NCBI GenBank assembly: GCA_964247055.1
Contig: OZ176051.1
Coordinates: 10,664,001-10,728,000, forward strand
Direction: 5' to 3'
From: Paragordius varius
Lineage: Eukaryota; Animalia; Nematomorpha
Length of the DNA stretch: 64,000 bases
In this document: in pieces, positions 13,916 through 27,401 of the stretch
How positions within the stretch are numbered: position 1 is the first letter of the stretch
Layout of the letters: every line of letters starts with the position of its first letter
Translations under genes and position numbers: made by a program
Notes under the pieces: generated by a model
The model's database searches: none
Told to the model about the DNA's origin: nothing
Seen by the model: only the letters and a program-made list of their open reading frames with translations

Positions 13916-15348
13916 TTTTTTACATTTATAATGTATTTGAGTTAAAAATAAATAAATATTACAATAAATTTTTTGTATAAAAATTTTTGGTTGTACCCCC
14001 CAATGACCCCCCTTCTCAGATTTGTCCCGCTTTTTCCTTCAAAAAATCTGGTTACCTTATTTATAGGCGACTATTTTTGGTAAAATTATATGCTAATATT
14101 ATTTTTGTAAATATCCTCAGAGTCGCAAAGTTCGTAGAGCAAAATATCACTTAATATTAATTTTTATACAAAACATAAAAACATCTTGATAATTATATAT
14201 TTAAGAATTACAGAATTTGGATTTTCATAATAATTTGACTTTTGAATCTTACAATGATACAAAAGAAAAATTTAATTTTTGTGTTATTTTCTCCATATAT
14301 AATATATTTTTTTTGGTGAGAGCTATATGATTCCTTCCAATAAAACATAAAAATACAATATTTTAAATTAAAACAATTTTTATAATATAATGGATCTGAG
14401 GTTTGCATGCAAATTTTAGCCCCCTTCGAGTGCGATTTACGCAATAATAATAAACTATGCGAGATTTATGAATTTTTGAAAAAATATGTACTTTAAAAAT
14501 TTGTCGAAGCATTAACGGTATTTTGAAGCATATTGAAAACGAAATAAAAATACTTCAAGACAGTAATGATTATGCAATTTATGACACTAAAAATTTTCAT
14601 CTTATCAAAATTTTGATCAAAAATTTTTTAGACATAAACATTTTATGCTTAATTGTAAAAACAGATGGTTTAATCGAGATTCTAAGGTGATGTAGATGTT
14701 CAGCATCATCGAATTGTATAGAAAATTTATTACAACATCTTAATTTTTCAGACCCTTTTCGTCATGCGCCACAATACCATAAAACACTGATCATCGAGAT
14801 GTTGTAAATTAAAAAAGCAGCGGTACTCACTATCAAAATATATTTATCTTGACTCAAGGGTGCACCATTTAGTAATGATAAAATGGTTATAGCTATATGA
14901 TGCATTTGCAGGCATACTCAATAAATACATCAAAAAATTGAAAAAATTCCATTAGGCATTTTAATCGTGTAACCACTCTTTTAAAGTAGTCATTTTTTCA
15001 AAATTATTTTGAACGTCGTAATCAAGCATATGTAAGAAGTTATATGGTGCTATTTCAGCATTTTTGCGTATATCATGAGAATACAAGCTCATTTTAGACT
15101 TAGTATTACTTTCTAACCTCATATCAAAATAAATTTTATAATGATGTTTTGATCTTTAAATATTTATATATTTTAATAATATCTTTTGGATGAAGCATCT
15201 AGCTTTCGAAACTCAAATTTGGCATAATGTGCACAATTTGTGATTTTTCAATTTGGAGCAATACAAAAGTAAAAGCATAGATATTTTGTTCTATCAGTAT
15301 ATTCATCGTGATATTACTCTAATCATAAGCGCATTAATGTTTAATATA

Positions 15349-16430
15349 CACAGTGTCCACAAAAAAATATCCCGATAAATATTTCAGATAAAAATGTATC
15401 AGGATTATCATAGTGCTTTTGGTTTTGGCTCTTATCAGTGCTTTAAGCAAATTATTTACACTTTGTAAGTGCTCCATATTTGCTTTTATATATAAATTTT
15501 TTTGAGAAAACTAATTTGATGCAACGAGATATTAAAAGCAAAGCAATATTTAAAAAATTTATTTTGTGAAAAGTCCGAAAGACCGAACTGGTCACAAATG
15601 GGCAAGTTGTCATAAAATTAAGGTGAAGGATTAAAATAGCGTAATTAAAAAATAAATATATCTAAATTTGACATCAAAAAAGTTTTATCCGAAAAATGGA
15701 TTTTTTTAAAAATTTCATACTTCTGCTATTTTGAAACATGATTGAAACTGTTTAAAAGCGCTCTAAGATATTATAACATTTTTATATAATTCGATAATGT
15801 TTAACATTTCTATCCCCTCAGTTTAATTAAACTTTTAATGATTTCGATTGGGGAATAGTAGGTAAAACAATTTATATTAAACATAAATTTGAAGTCAAAT
15901 AAATATATTTTAAAATTTTGAATTGAGATAAATGTTCAGATTATTGAATTAATTAAAAAGTGTTTTTTAATATTATTAAAATAATCGCTTCAACAAAATT
16001 TTGTTAAAATTTAAATTTGAAAATTTTTATTTTTCATGACAAAATTTTATTTGTTGTCAACATTAAGCATATAGCTAATTTTTGTTGCCCCATCTCGGCC
16101 CTTCCGCCTACTTTAAGTGAACTTGTCCATTTGGTACGAGTCCTAAAATTTAAAGCTTTCAAAACCCATATCTAAAATTTAGAAATTTTTAATATTTTTT
16201 GGCTATTATGGTGTTTAATATATTTTATTAGTGTTTTTTGCAATTAACATTTAGCTTTTAGCAAACAAAATTTTTAGCGAGATGTGCGCAAATTTTCCCA
16301 TTTATGATATATATATAAAGCATTTTCCACAAAAGTGTAAACTTTCTTAAATCGCTCTTAAGGGTCAAAACTAGCACCATGATAATACAGGTGCATTTAT
16401 CTTTCAGAATATATATACGTCATCACTATA
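15349..16430. mobile_element. Foldback MITE family A, copy 2
   Basis: Left end TA|CACAGTGTCCAC...GTATCAGGATTATCATAGTGCTTTTGG; mirrored right arm ...AAAACTAGCACCATGATAATAC. Homologous to the copy at 5144. Confidence 0.7.
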
Positions 16431-16452
16431 TTTTTATAAGCCCAATTTTAAG

Positions 16453-19400
16453 CACTGAGGAATTCTTCTTTATTACACACTAGAATGCAAATTAATGGAA
16501 TCATCAATATATGGTATCAGAGATTTACAGGTATGTTTGGTAGGATTACATCTTTTAAATCAAACGTATTCTGTCATTGCAACTTTTAAAGGACCGCGTT
16601 ACCCGCACGAGCCTATGTATATTTATAGACTATGGGAATATTATAATTTTACACATTTGAATGAACATAACGGACCACTCAAATTAGAAATAATTAACGA
16701 GGTACCATTCAGCATATGATTTAAAATATTATTCAAATGATATCTATATTTTGCAGACAAAATTTAGATTAAGCCATCTAAAATTTGGCCAAAAGTATAT
16801 GTTAAAGGTATTATCCTATAACGTTTCAAGGGGATCCTATGCTGATTTTATTAGATTTGAAGGTAACTTTTACATTTATTATTTTAAATATTATTATAAA
16901 TAGACATTCAAACCGTTTTTTACAAAAGGCCATTTTATGATATTAGATTGGTAGACTCTAGCAGCCATATTTTACTTAATAGAATTTTATCTGCATTCAT
17001 TGTCTTTCAGGGGCATTCATTGTGTAAATTCTCGAATTGGTCTCTAATCGTAAAAAGTTTTAGATTTCGAATTTAAATAAAAGGAAGCAGTATCGAAATA
17101 AAATTTAGAATTTTATGAAAAATTAAACGGCAATCATTACATTTGCATTAAATTTATTTTGCATGTACTACCTCTTTACAAACAAAGGGTACGGCCCCCA
17201 GTCTCTTTTGAATGATCTGTTTTTTTATAAAATGCATATTTTAAAATTTAGTTTCATATTTTTAAACAGGCTATTAAAGAGATTAACCTAGATATATTAA
17301 ATAGAAGTTTAGAATCAAAAATATTAAATAAACTTTTTATTAAAATACAAATGATTAGACATTATAAGGATATAATGGGTGTGTTTTATTGAATGTTTGA
17401 CAATCCCACTCCAAAAATTAATTTTTTAAAATTTGAAGGATCGCATTTTATCTGTTTATTAAATTAATGCATTTTTTATAGCCATTATATTTTAGTAGTT
17501 GCCAATGGCGAAGATTATGAAATGGAACAATCGGGTATGTTTATGCTGTTAACTAAGTTTCAATATTTTGGACTTTTAGTTTATGCTGAGTTCCAAGCCA
17601 TATAATATCAAATTTTACTGATTATAGATCTTTCAAAATATTTGGCACATATATCTTCAGCACACACCGAAGCATATCTGTTTAATGGTCAAATATATAA
17701 AGACTTAGCGGTCGGCATAAATTACAAAACGAACATAATGACGATGCCGTATGCAAGGCTATACCTGACTCAAACAGGGCCGTTCGAAATCTTTGCACTT
17801 CCACGAACCCAAATAATTTTGGATGTAAAAATTATTTTGTTTTTGTATAAATATCTTACAATCTCCTAAAAATGACTAGGATCAATGAAAAATAATACCA
17901 TCCAGTCATCTGGTTGGAAAAATAATACCATGACTTCGAAGAACCGAAAACACATAGAACCGAAACCCGGTTGAGATTACTGTAGGAACCGGTTTGGTTG
18001 GGTTCAACTCTGTTGCGATTTTTTAAATTTTCAGGAACTACCTCGTTCCATTTTCAAACTTAAAAGAAACAGCCCGGTTCCGGTTCCACCTCCAATTCAA
18101 AATAAATGGTTCCCATATGTTTTTATTTTTAAATGTAAATTGATAATATAATAACATTTTTCTTTCCCATAATGGAATGGCCATAAAGTTTGTTGTTTAA
18201 TTGTTTTTTTAAAAAACAATGAATATATAACAGTTTTTGCTCGTATCTAATTGAAATGGAATTACAATGTTGACATTTATAAATATCTTATTATGGCATA
18301 AAGAAGACCACAAACGCAATTTATAGATTTTTATAGATAAGAACATTAATCTTATTTTTTATAAAATCTGGTATAAAATTATAGCGTCCATTATTAATTA
18401 TCCACAAAGGAAAAAGTGAGTCACTATATATAAATGGCACTTAAACCGCAGCCCAACGGCCGCAAGAAACCCTGATTTTTTTAGCCATAGTTTTCGCAAA
18501 TATATTAAGATTTTATCATATAAGATTACATTAGCAGTATATATTACGGTTCTCAACATACAAAATAACTATTACACCATATTTCCATATCTGATTAGTG
18601 TGACGACCAAATTGCTTGTTACAATAAGTTTTTTAAGTTAAATAAAGATTTCCTTCATAGTTGCGAAAGTTAATACAAATAATACACTTATTACCTAACC
18701 TACCTTAATACTTATACATTTGGCTACTTAATATTTTTAATAAATTATGGTTTCCTTTACAATTGTTAATATTTTGGTTAATATTATAATAAAATGTGAA
18801 AATTTTAATGACGATTCAGGAACCAAAGTAGAACCGGTGCTTAAATTAGAACCAGGCCGGTCCCTTTTAACCGCCCAGGAACCAACCCAGTTTTTCAGTT
18901 TTTTAAACCAGTTTCATACCCTGATCAATACTACAATCGGTTACTGTGGGAACTAAATCATTTCAATTCCTCCAAATAAATAAATTAAAAAAATAAAGTA
19001 TAAAATTTATTCATATAAGCGTATTTTTATTTTAAGCATAATAATTTAGGAATAAAAAAATGACTGTTTAGTAGCGGTCGATTGGTCAAAATTTTAATAA
19101 CCCACTGGAAAATAAAACTGATATTCGCATCCTGACATTTACTAAAAAGCTCAAAGTTAACGTTTGATATGATAAAAAAAATTTTGATTTTTGGTTTGTA
19201 CGAAATTCTAAATATCACTATGTATTTTCCTGACTTTATTTAACCTTAATATATATATCATCATAATAATGCATATTTTGTTGTTTTAAACTTGTAATTT
19301 TATCAGTAAACTAAATATATTTTTTGCGAGATTAAAACCATGATTAGTGGATCAATCGGATAGATAAAATATCGGCATGTTGCAACATTGAGAAACAGAA

Positions 19401-19877
19401 AAAATTAGGATTAATAAATTAGAAATATATTTGTTATGACGGTTTCCGAAAAACGGTGTTGTTGATTATTTTTTCTTTCTTTGCAATTAAAATAAAAAAG
19501 CCGGAAACGTTTCGAAAGAATTAAATTTATGTCGGCAAGGATTTTAAAGTTTAAGATGCAGGATTAAACGTTTTTAAGTCCAAGTTTTTTTATTCACAAT
19601 TTGCAAAAAATATATATGCTATATTTGAAATTAATTATTCAATTTCGATTTAAATTAAAACTATATTCAAATGTAACATGTGTCACAATCATATTATATT
19701 GCTATTTTTAGAAATGAGAATTAATAATATAAAATATTTGTTAGAAAAATTTCTATCGATTCGAGAATATTAGTTCAAACAATGAGTATGAAATCATGAT
19801 TAGACCTAGTTACGCCTATGATGAAAGTCCCTCAACAGAATATATATCGCATAAAATTTATATTAATACCAAATATT
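16453..19877 (+). pseudogene. Decayed FN3 + cadherin-repeat extracellular protein (3' block)
   Basis: In-phase exons 16453-16530, 16592-16701, 16757-16862 give INGIINIWYQRF...TKFRLSHLKFGQKYMLKVLSYNVSRGS (FN3). Cadherin-like FYKRPFYDIRLVD (16904+), GYNGCVLLNV*...FLKFEGSHFICLLN*...HYILVVANGED (17370-17533) and AYLFNGQIYKDLAVGINY (17628-17823). FN3 C-terminal half NFYRFENISSNNEYEIMIRPSYAYDESPS (19745-19877). In-frame stops in the cadherin part. Confidence 0.5.
17930..18925. mobile_element. Putative hAT-derived non-autonomous element with GAACC subterminal repeats
   Basis: Clusters of GAACCG/CGGTTC at 17940-18090 and 18815-18915, and a right end GTTTCATACCCTG. Left TIR and TSD not found. Confidence 0.4.
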
Positions 19878-20594
19878 GTTAATATGTAATATCAATAAAA
19901 TAAATGTTTGTCATAATAATCTAATATATGTTTATAACAAAAAAACTATTCTTTCTCTTAAAATAAGTAAATATATATGGATTGGGTTCACCAAACAAAT
20001 AAAAGGCCAGACCGCTTATGAGGGGAGTCATTGATTGTCACATCTAAGTATAAAATAGAACATGTTTTAATTATATAATATTGTATTTTAGGAATTCTTT
20101 GATGTAAATAATTTATCAACTTTTCTTAAATGACTTGTTAGGACCAAAAATCCATAAATATTATGATAATCCATAATATATATATATATAATTAAGATAT
20201 TTTATTCAGCATGTAATGTGCCCTAACTTTGAAACATTTCGTTGAGGAGAAATTACCACTAAAATGAAAATAACTTTTAAAATCATGTACACTCTGCAAT
20301 GGGAATTATAAACCTAATGAAATAGATTTCCGAAAGAAATATGTATTAGGGTTATCATGATACTTTTGGTTTTGGGATTTACGAGAACATGAATATTTAT
20401 TAACACTTTTGTACTAATACCATATCAGAAAACGATGAAATTGCGTTGATAAATTCAATTTCATTGAAGTTAAATGCTTCATTCCTAAAAGAATATCAAA
20501 AGATATCATAAATTATATGATAAAAGCAAAACAATCATTTCATAAAAATAAAATAGATATGGGCTCCACAACCATGCGTCCAAAATCAAAGAAT

Positions 20595-21680
20595 AAAAAA
20601 TAACCTGATGAAATATATATTACTTGAAATGTATCAGGATTATGGTGCCTTATGCCCTTACGAGTGATGTAAGAAAGTTATTTACATATGGTAAGTGCCC
20701 CCTATCAGCAAATGGCAAAATTTGAGCACATTTTGTTATTTTTGGTAAAAGAGGCTTCATTTTAATATATATTAAAATATATCAAAAACTACATATTAAA
20801 AGCAAAACAATATTTTCAAAAAAAATTATTTTAAGATGTAGGTCCCGAATTCCAAATTTTTTGTTCTTTTAAACAGGCTAGTCTTTTAAAATAAACGCAA
20901 AAATGCCAGAATTTCGCAATAAAATTTTTAAATATATGGTAACATAAAAAAGTTTTTTAAAAATCTTTTAAAAATTAAATTATTCATAAAATTTTGTTGA
21001 AGTGCACTGCCTGATGGAAACGGTATGGAAACGCTTTTAGATATTGTAAAAACACGTTTTCTATTAAACTCTATTGCTTCAGAATTATAATGTAGAGGTT
21101 AGTTACCTTCAAATTTCGGAGCTATTTAAAACTTTAAATTTAAAGGCAAATGAATATTTAAAATAATTCTTGAGGTGATAAAATTGTTTAGCCTCAAATT
21201 ATAAGAAAAAGTGTATATATAATATCCATCTTAAAGGTTGAATTACGCTTCAAAAATATGAAATTAGTTTTTTTTAAAAATATGCATTTATTAAAAATTA
21301 TTTTTTTAATGTCAAAATTTAGCATTTAATGAAATTTTTTTATCCTCCACTCCCGGCATTATGCGCTTATTTTAAAAGGACTAGCCAATAGAAGAGCAAT
21401 AAGATTTGGGACTTTTGGGGCCCCCATTTAAAAAATAAATTTTTATAAATATATTGTTATGTTTTTTATAAGGAGTTTGTGATATATTTAGGTATTTTTT
21501 TGGAATAAAGCAGTTAGCTTTGACCATTTTTATTAAAAAATATACGCCATCTTCTGGTATGGACCACTTACAGAATACACAACTTTCTAAAATTATTAGT
21601 AACTTTCATAACCAAAAGTAAAAATAATGATAAATAAACTTTTCCTATGAAAATATATTTGCTGAATCAGGTTTTTGTGG
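20595..21680. mobile_element. Foldback MITE family A, copy 3 (extra partial arm at ~20330-20590)
   Basis: Left arm GTATCAGGATTATGGTGCC...AGAAAGTTATTTACATATGGTAAGTGC; mirrored right arm GGACCACTTACAGAATACACAACTTTCT. Same core as copies 1, 2 and 4. Confidence 0.65.
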
Positions 21681-21942
21681 AGACTGTATTAGCGTTATAA
21701 GCTATACAGATCTTCACATATCAGCTAAATACAAATAATTATATTATTATTCTGTGAAACATTTTATTATCTTTGATTTTTTCCAAGTATATAAATAAGC
21801 ATATATCCCTAATTTGTGTCGGAGGATTATTTATTTATTATCAGATGACATTAAACATCTGATGTAAGTTTTTTAAATTTAAATTTTTCACATGTTTTCT
21901 CGTAATTTTACGATGTAACTTATATTATAAAAAAATTTCTCC

Positions 21943-22028
21943 ATGAGTTTTGGCAGTTTTGTCAAAATTGTGAATATAATATGTATAATTTATTCTACCT
22001 TTTTGGATATTCGTTGTGCGGCTAAAGG
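21943..22028 (+). CDS. Possible first exon encoding a signal peptide (may be the 5' end of the IA-2 gene)
   Basis: MSFGSFVKIVNIICIIYSTFLDIRCAAK followed by a phase-1 donor G|GTATAC. No matching second exon identified. Confidence 0.25.
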
Positions 22029-25000
22029 TATACTATTTTTAATCATATACATATTTCATCAATCAGCTATATATCTTTGTTTTTTACAGATTTTTTTAAA
22101 ATACGAATCGAATTACGTGTTACACCTACTTATATATTTCGGATAATTTATTATGCAAATATAAGTTAAAGTAATCGTTTGAAATATTTTCATTTACATG
22201 TCATCATTTGGGATTTTGGTTATATAATTAATAAAATAAACAATTATTTTACAAATTATTACAAGATTGGACATAATATTTTGGACATTTTACGATAAAT
22301 ATAATCTTTATCGGATTTTTTTTGTTTTACCAAAATTTATAAAAATATTTTAATTAAAGTATTTATATTCCCGCATCCTATAAAAATGTAATTTATGTAA
22401 ATATATAAAATTAATTGAACAGTGGTTTTAACCATTTCATCCCTTAAATTTCATAAAATGTATTTCCATATTTTAGATACCTAAAATCTGTTTTATCAAT
22501 CACAATTAATGTCTTTACCTATTAATTTTTTGGGTATTAAATTAAAAAAATTCAATTTTAAGGTTTATTGTCATTTTTTTTCTAAAATTACTTTTAATTG
22601 ATTTCAGCTTAAATAATTGTTCAAAAGTATCTAATCAATTTATTTAATTATATACATTCATGCCACTGTAAATAAATCCTAAATATTTTAATTTTATCTA
22701 TTTCATTGGCATTTTTAAAGACTCATTAAATTTACGCATATTTTTTAACAATTATATAAGTATTAATAATCTTATCTTTACGGTTTTTATTTAAAAATTC
22801 TTATATTAAAAAATATTTTACGAAATCCAATTTAAGTGTAATATGTGGTATGTATAATTACTAAACAACCATATAACTCCTCTTTTCTGAAAATTAATGG
22901 TGTTATAATTGAAATAGATATAATTGGAAATAAATAATTTTTAAATAAGTTTTTCGAGTGAATGACATAAAAAATTATAATTCAACTAAAATATAATATG
23001 TTGTGTATATTTATTTGGCAAATTTTTTAAGGGCAGTTTTAATACTTTTATTTTATTTATTTAATTTTGGACAAAAACGTTTTTTTTATACCATACGCTA
23101 CTGTATTTCATTCTCCTCATTAAAATTATGTTATAGTTTTGCAAACACTGCTCATAAATATTATATAAAAATATTGTGTAATTGAGATTTATTAGAATCG
23201 ATATCATCCAATTGTTGACAGTTAAATTATCTCAAAGTTTTTTTGCCATTAATATAAAATTAGCTTTAAAACTTAAACGCGCCATTTAAAAACAACTTTT
23301 TATAACTAAAAAAAAGAATAATAATCAATAAGATTTTTACCTGTTTTCCCCGTATTTTAGTTATACAAAATTTATTATATCTATCTATATCTATATATTC
23401 ATAATTTGTTACATCATTTATTAATGTATTATGCTTGTTATTATTATACATTCTAAGTTAGCATAAATAAGACTTTAAAGAAGAATGAAACTCCTCTACC
23501 TTCTCCTAAAAATCGATTTTTTGTCTCTCCTACTATGTTGTATGCTATAACAAAAATATATACAACACTACTGTTTTTAGCTATTATAAAATGGCGCGCA
23601 TATGTGAATTTTCCAAAATAAAAAGATAAACCTGTTCTGCAACATTAATGCCATCGCTAAAATTACAGTTTAGGATATTGGTCATTTATGTAAGCGTATG
23701 GTGTTTGAATTTTCGTAAACCATAATGCAAATAACAACAGCTATGGAATTTGTTTTTGTATCGCTAATTTTTAGAGTAAATATTTCACAGTAGGAGATTC
23801 ATACAAAATAAAGAAATTAATTGTGAAATGATTTAGCATTTTTAGATAATATAATTTTCAAAATTTAATATAAACGATGGTTTATCTAACACATTAATAC
23901 CTTAATCCTAATACATTAAGACGCTTATAATTCCAATGACATTTCATTTTGAAAATTATTAATAAAAGTGAACTGATAGCACTTTTGAATTTAACTATCT
24001 CAAACTAACTCAATAATCTTTCTTAAAATGTGCCTGTCTTGTTTAAAGAGCGTTAGATAATGTGTACAAAGAGTCAGGGTTATATTTTCTTAATTTTGTA
24101 ATTTAATATCTATTATCTTTCTCTTTAATAAGTAATTTTGATGAACAAATGAGATTGACCCTAAAGTATATTACTATGAAACATTCTGTATAACTCTTCA
24201 AAATTTAGGGGTGTCAGCATTTTCGATACTGACACTATGATTAAATTAACAAAGAAAATTTTTAGCAACTCTAGAAAAGATGCTTATTCTAGATATCGCT
24301 TAAAATTTAGCTCTCCTTAACCTACCTCATTTTTGGGTATATTTGAGCCATACATTATTAAAAAAAATTTAAAATTTCAATGAATGGATAATTTTTTTAA
24401 AAATTATATATATATGTAATCATAAATATTTTTATGTCTCACTAAAATTAAATAAAAAACGTTATGCCAGAATAAACAATAAGCTAAAGCAGGGTTGTCC
24501 AACATACGGCCGCCCTCCAAAACTCTTTGTGTGTGACCCGCCAAAAAATTGCAAATCCATAATTTTATTGATGTTTGTCAAATAATTTTTTTGAATACTT
24601 TCTCCTATTGGGAACAAACTAGATATAAATATGTTCCACTGTGTTTGCATTTTACAGTTTTATGTTTATAAATTCTAATAACCTATTTGTGAATACTCCT
24701 GTTTTTATGAGTAAAAGTTAATTTATTTATCATTCATAATAAATGTTTTAATGCAGAGTGAAGTATTATTAACAGTTTTATGACTTCTTTCTGCGATCAA
24801 TCGGATATTTCTGTTTTATGAATTTTAAAATTTTTTTATAATAAATATATAAAGTTGATCAACTTTATATAGTTGTATTGAGTTTATTTATATAAATTTG
24901 GCAAAAAGTTAGCGAAAAACAGTTAGAAATGATTTTTGTAAGCTTTAATTTGGACATAAAGAGTTTAAATAAACCGTTTTACTTGTACCATACATCGATT

Positions 25001-25109
25001 ATAAAATTTAGGTGTCCAAATTAGTATATAATTTCTAGTTTATTTTATAAATTAAAAATATGTGTTAAACTATCCTCACATATTAATCTAACCATTTAAT
25101 AAAATTTTT

Positions 25110-25910
25110 TAGTTTTTAATATAGAGCCATGTATTTTATATTCGAAAGAGCGCGAAAAGCTGTATCTTATGAATGGTAGTTAGTCATTTAAATCATTCTG
25201 ATGTAAAAAGTTATTTGGGTTTATAGGTAAAAATTTTCAACCCTTAAAAAATTTTCACAGAAAAACTAATTAAAAATTCATATATATTATTTTAACAAAA
25301 TTATTAAGATTACATTAATATTTAAAAAATTATTGAAAAAGCTTTTGGTTTGCTTTTTACAAAATATTATTATCAAAATTATTTTACTTAGTCGATAAAA
25401 TGCATATTTTTAACTGTAATTACACTATCAAGAACACCTTAAACATTGTTTTTAGTCGTTGAATTTTTGAAATTATAAGCCTCCTAAAGTAAATAAATCT
25501 TGATGAGACGGTAATTTTTTAAAATCGAAAATTTAAATATAGCTGTTTTTAATAACATAAAAGCAAAAAAAACTTTTTTGTGTTATATTTTTTGGACATT
25601 CATTGGACAAACTTTGAGCTATTTTCATCCATTTATATTAATTAAAAAAACACTCTTGTTGCGTGCTTTTGTCGCCTCCTAAGTCCAATATTAACTATAG
25701 ATGTCAAATATATTAGTATGCATTTTGAGTTTTTATTAGTCTTTCGAATGATTTATAACTAGTCAAATTTGATAAAGAGGGCGCATAATTTAATATAAAT
25801 AAATTATATTTCTGGTGGATTATAAATTTTACTTCAGATTTACTGTTTAGATAATAGTATTATCGGAAATCGCAAAAATTTCGGGTGGCACAAAAATATG
25901 TTGTCTAGTG
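25110..25910 (-). mobile_element. Second, truncated copy of the element nested at 10700-11814
   Basis: Reverse complement aligns by eye to 10700-11610 (shared blocks TTATGCGCCCTCTTTATCAAATTT, GGATGAAAATAGCTCAAA, AAACCAAAAGCTTTTTCAA). One terminus TTGTCTAGTG|TTA at 25910. Confidence 0.75.
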
Positions 25911-27401
25911 TTATGAATGCAGTTATAATTAAACAGTTTACATATTGGGGTATCAAAGCTCAATTTTATAAATAAACTACAGTTTTGAAAGTTTTTTTAG
26001 CTAAACTTTAATGCTTAAGCAAGCTTATTTTAAGTTGAGCCCAAAATACGATTAAAATAACTGCTGATATTTAAAAATATATCTACTGGTAAAATGTAGC
26101 CTGAAAGCTTTTTAAAGTTAATAATTTAATTTTTTAACCATGATATTGCCTGTGCATTAGCGATTTAATAAAATTTATAGAAAAAAATGGTGAAAAACTT
26201 TATATAAAGAGGTTTTTTATCATTTTATTAAAATTTTTTGTATAATGCGCCTAAATAAAGCATATTCGGCTTATACCTTAAATACTTTTAAGATGGTTAA
26301 ATTTTAAATCGTTATGGGATATAAAGGTACCCCAATAGGTAATGAGTGTTGATACACTAGACATTATAAAGAAATAAAAAAGGCAATTTCATTTTTACAA
26401 GATATCGTTTCATAGGGTAGAGATTATGAACATACACATTAATATATTAAATTGATTTTCCACTAAAGTTTTATTTTAATTAAATGTTTAATAAAACTTA
26501 TCACAAAATTAAATTAGAGAATGTAAAAACATAGTAAAAATATTATATTTGTTGTCAAATTTACTTGGAAATCTGTTTTAGCTTTAAAATTTAGTACAAT
26601 TATGTCTGGTGTTGACAAATCTTAATTAAATTTTTTCATATAAACCAAATACTTTTATATTTATTAACTAAGTCAAAAATAAATTAAAAATTTTTCTAAC
26701 CACTTTTTAGCTTAAAACTTTAAAATTTCAGCTTTTTTGGTTATTAAATGAAAAATGAAAGTTATCTATATATAACTTTGTGTTCCTGTGTTCTGTTGCC
26801 ATGTTGCCATTATAGATATCATTTATATCATGTGATATTGATTTTGTTAAACAATATCGTTTTTGTATGTAGGTTAATGACGTAAAAAAGACTATACCTA
26901 CTAAAAATTGCAATTTTATTATTATTAAAGTAAAAAAAACTTGGAAATTAAATTATATATATAAATATATTATACTGTGTTCCCCCTCGTTTCAAAAGCT
27001 AGATTGCGGGGGGGAATTATAACTAATTTTAACAATAAAAGATTGGATTGGATTTTTGACATTATTTTTATTTTTTTCCCTTTAATTGATTAATTAAAAA
27101 ATGGTTTACATTTTTATTTTTACTTCTATATACATATTATATTTAATAGGGAGAAATCAATATGTCATTATCACAAAACCATTTACCGACAAAAAAATTA
27201 GTCATTACGACGGTGGACCTGTAAGTCAAAAATATTATTACTATAGTTTATGTTTAAAACAATTTTTTTTTGCCTTTTCTATGTTGTTTTTTAGCCTTAA
27301 CTATTTTGTTAATTAATTAATCTTTATGCACGAATTCTTTTGTTTCCAATAAAATATTATGGTAAAGCCGCCTTTTAATTAATTTTTATATGCATATATA
27401 A

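Larger units (their letters stand above)
9589..14059 (+). mobile_element. hAT DNA transposon (Blackjack-type ends), 4471 bp, defective
   Basis: TIRs TAAGGTGACCAGA (9589) and TCTGGTTACCTTA (ends 14059). Perfect 8-bp TSD TTTATAGG at 9581-9588 and 14060-14067. Subterminal TCCCGC repeats at both ends. Encodes a hAT transposase remnant. Confidence 0.95.

Noticed and set aside
24490-24900. Charlie-like hAT end (CAGGGTTGTCCAAC...CGGCC), with a similar fragment at 8040-8075
   Set aside because: Single degenerate termini with no partner TIR or TSD; too decayed to delimit an element.
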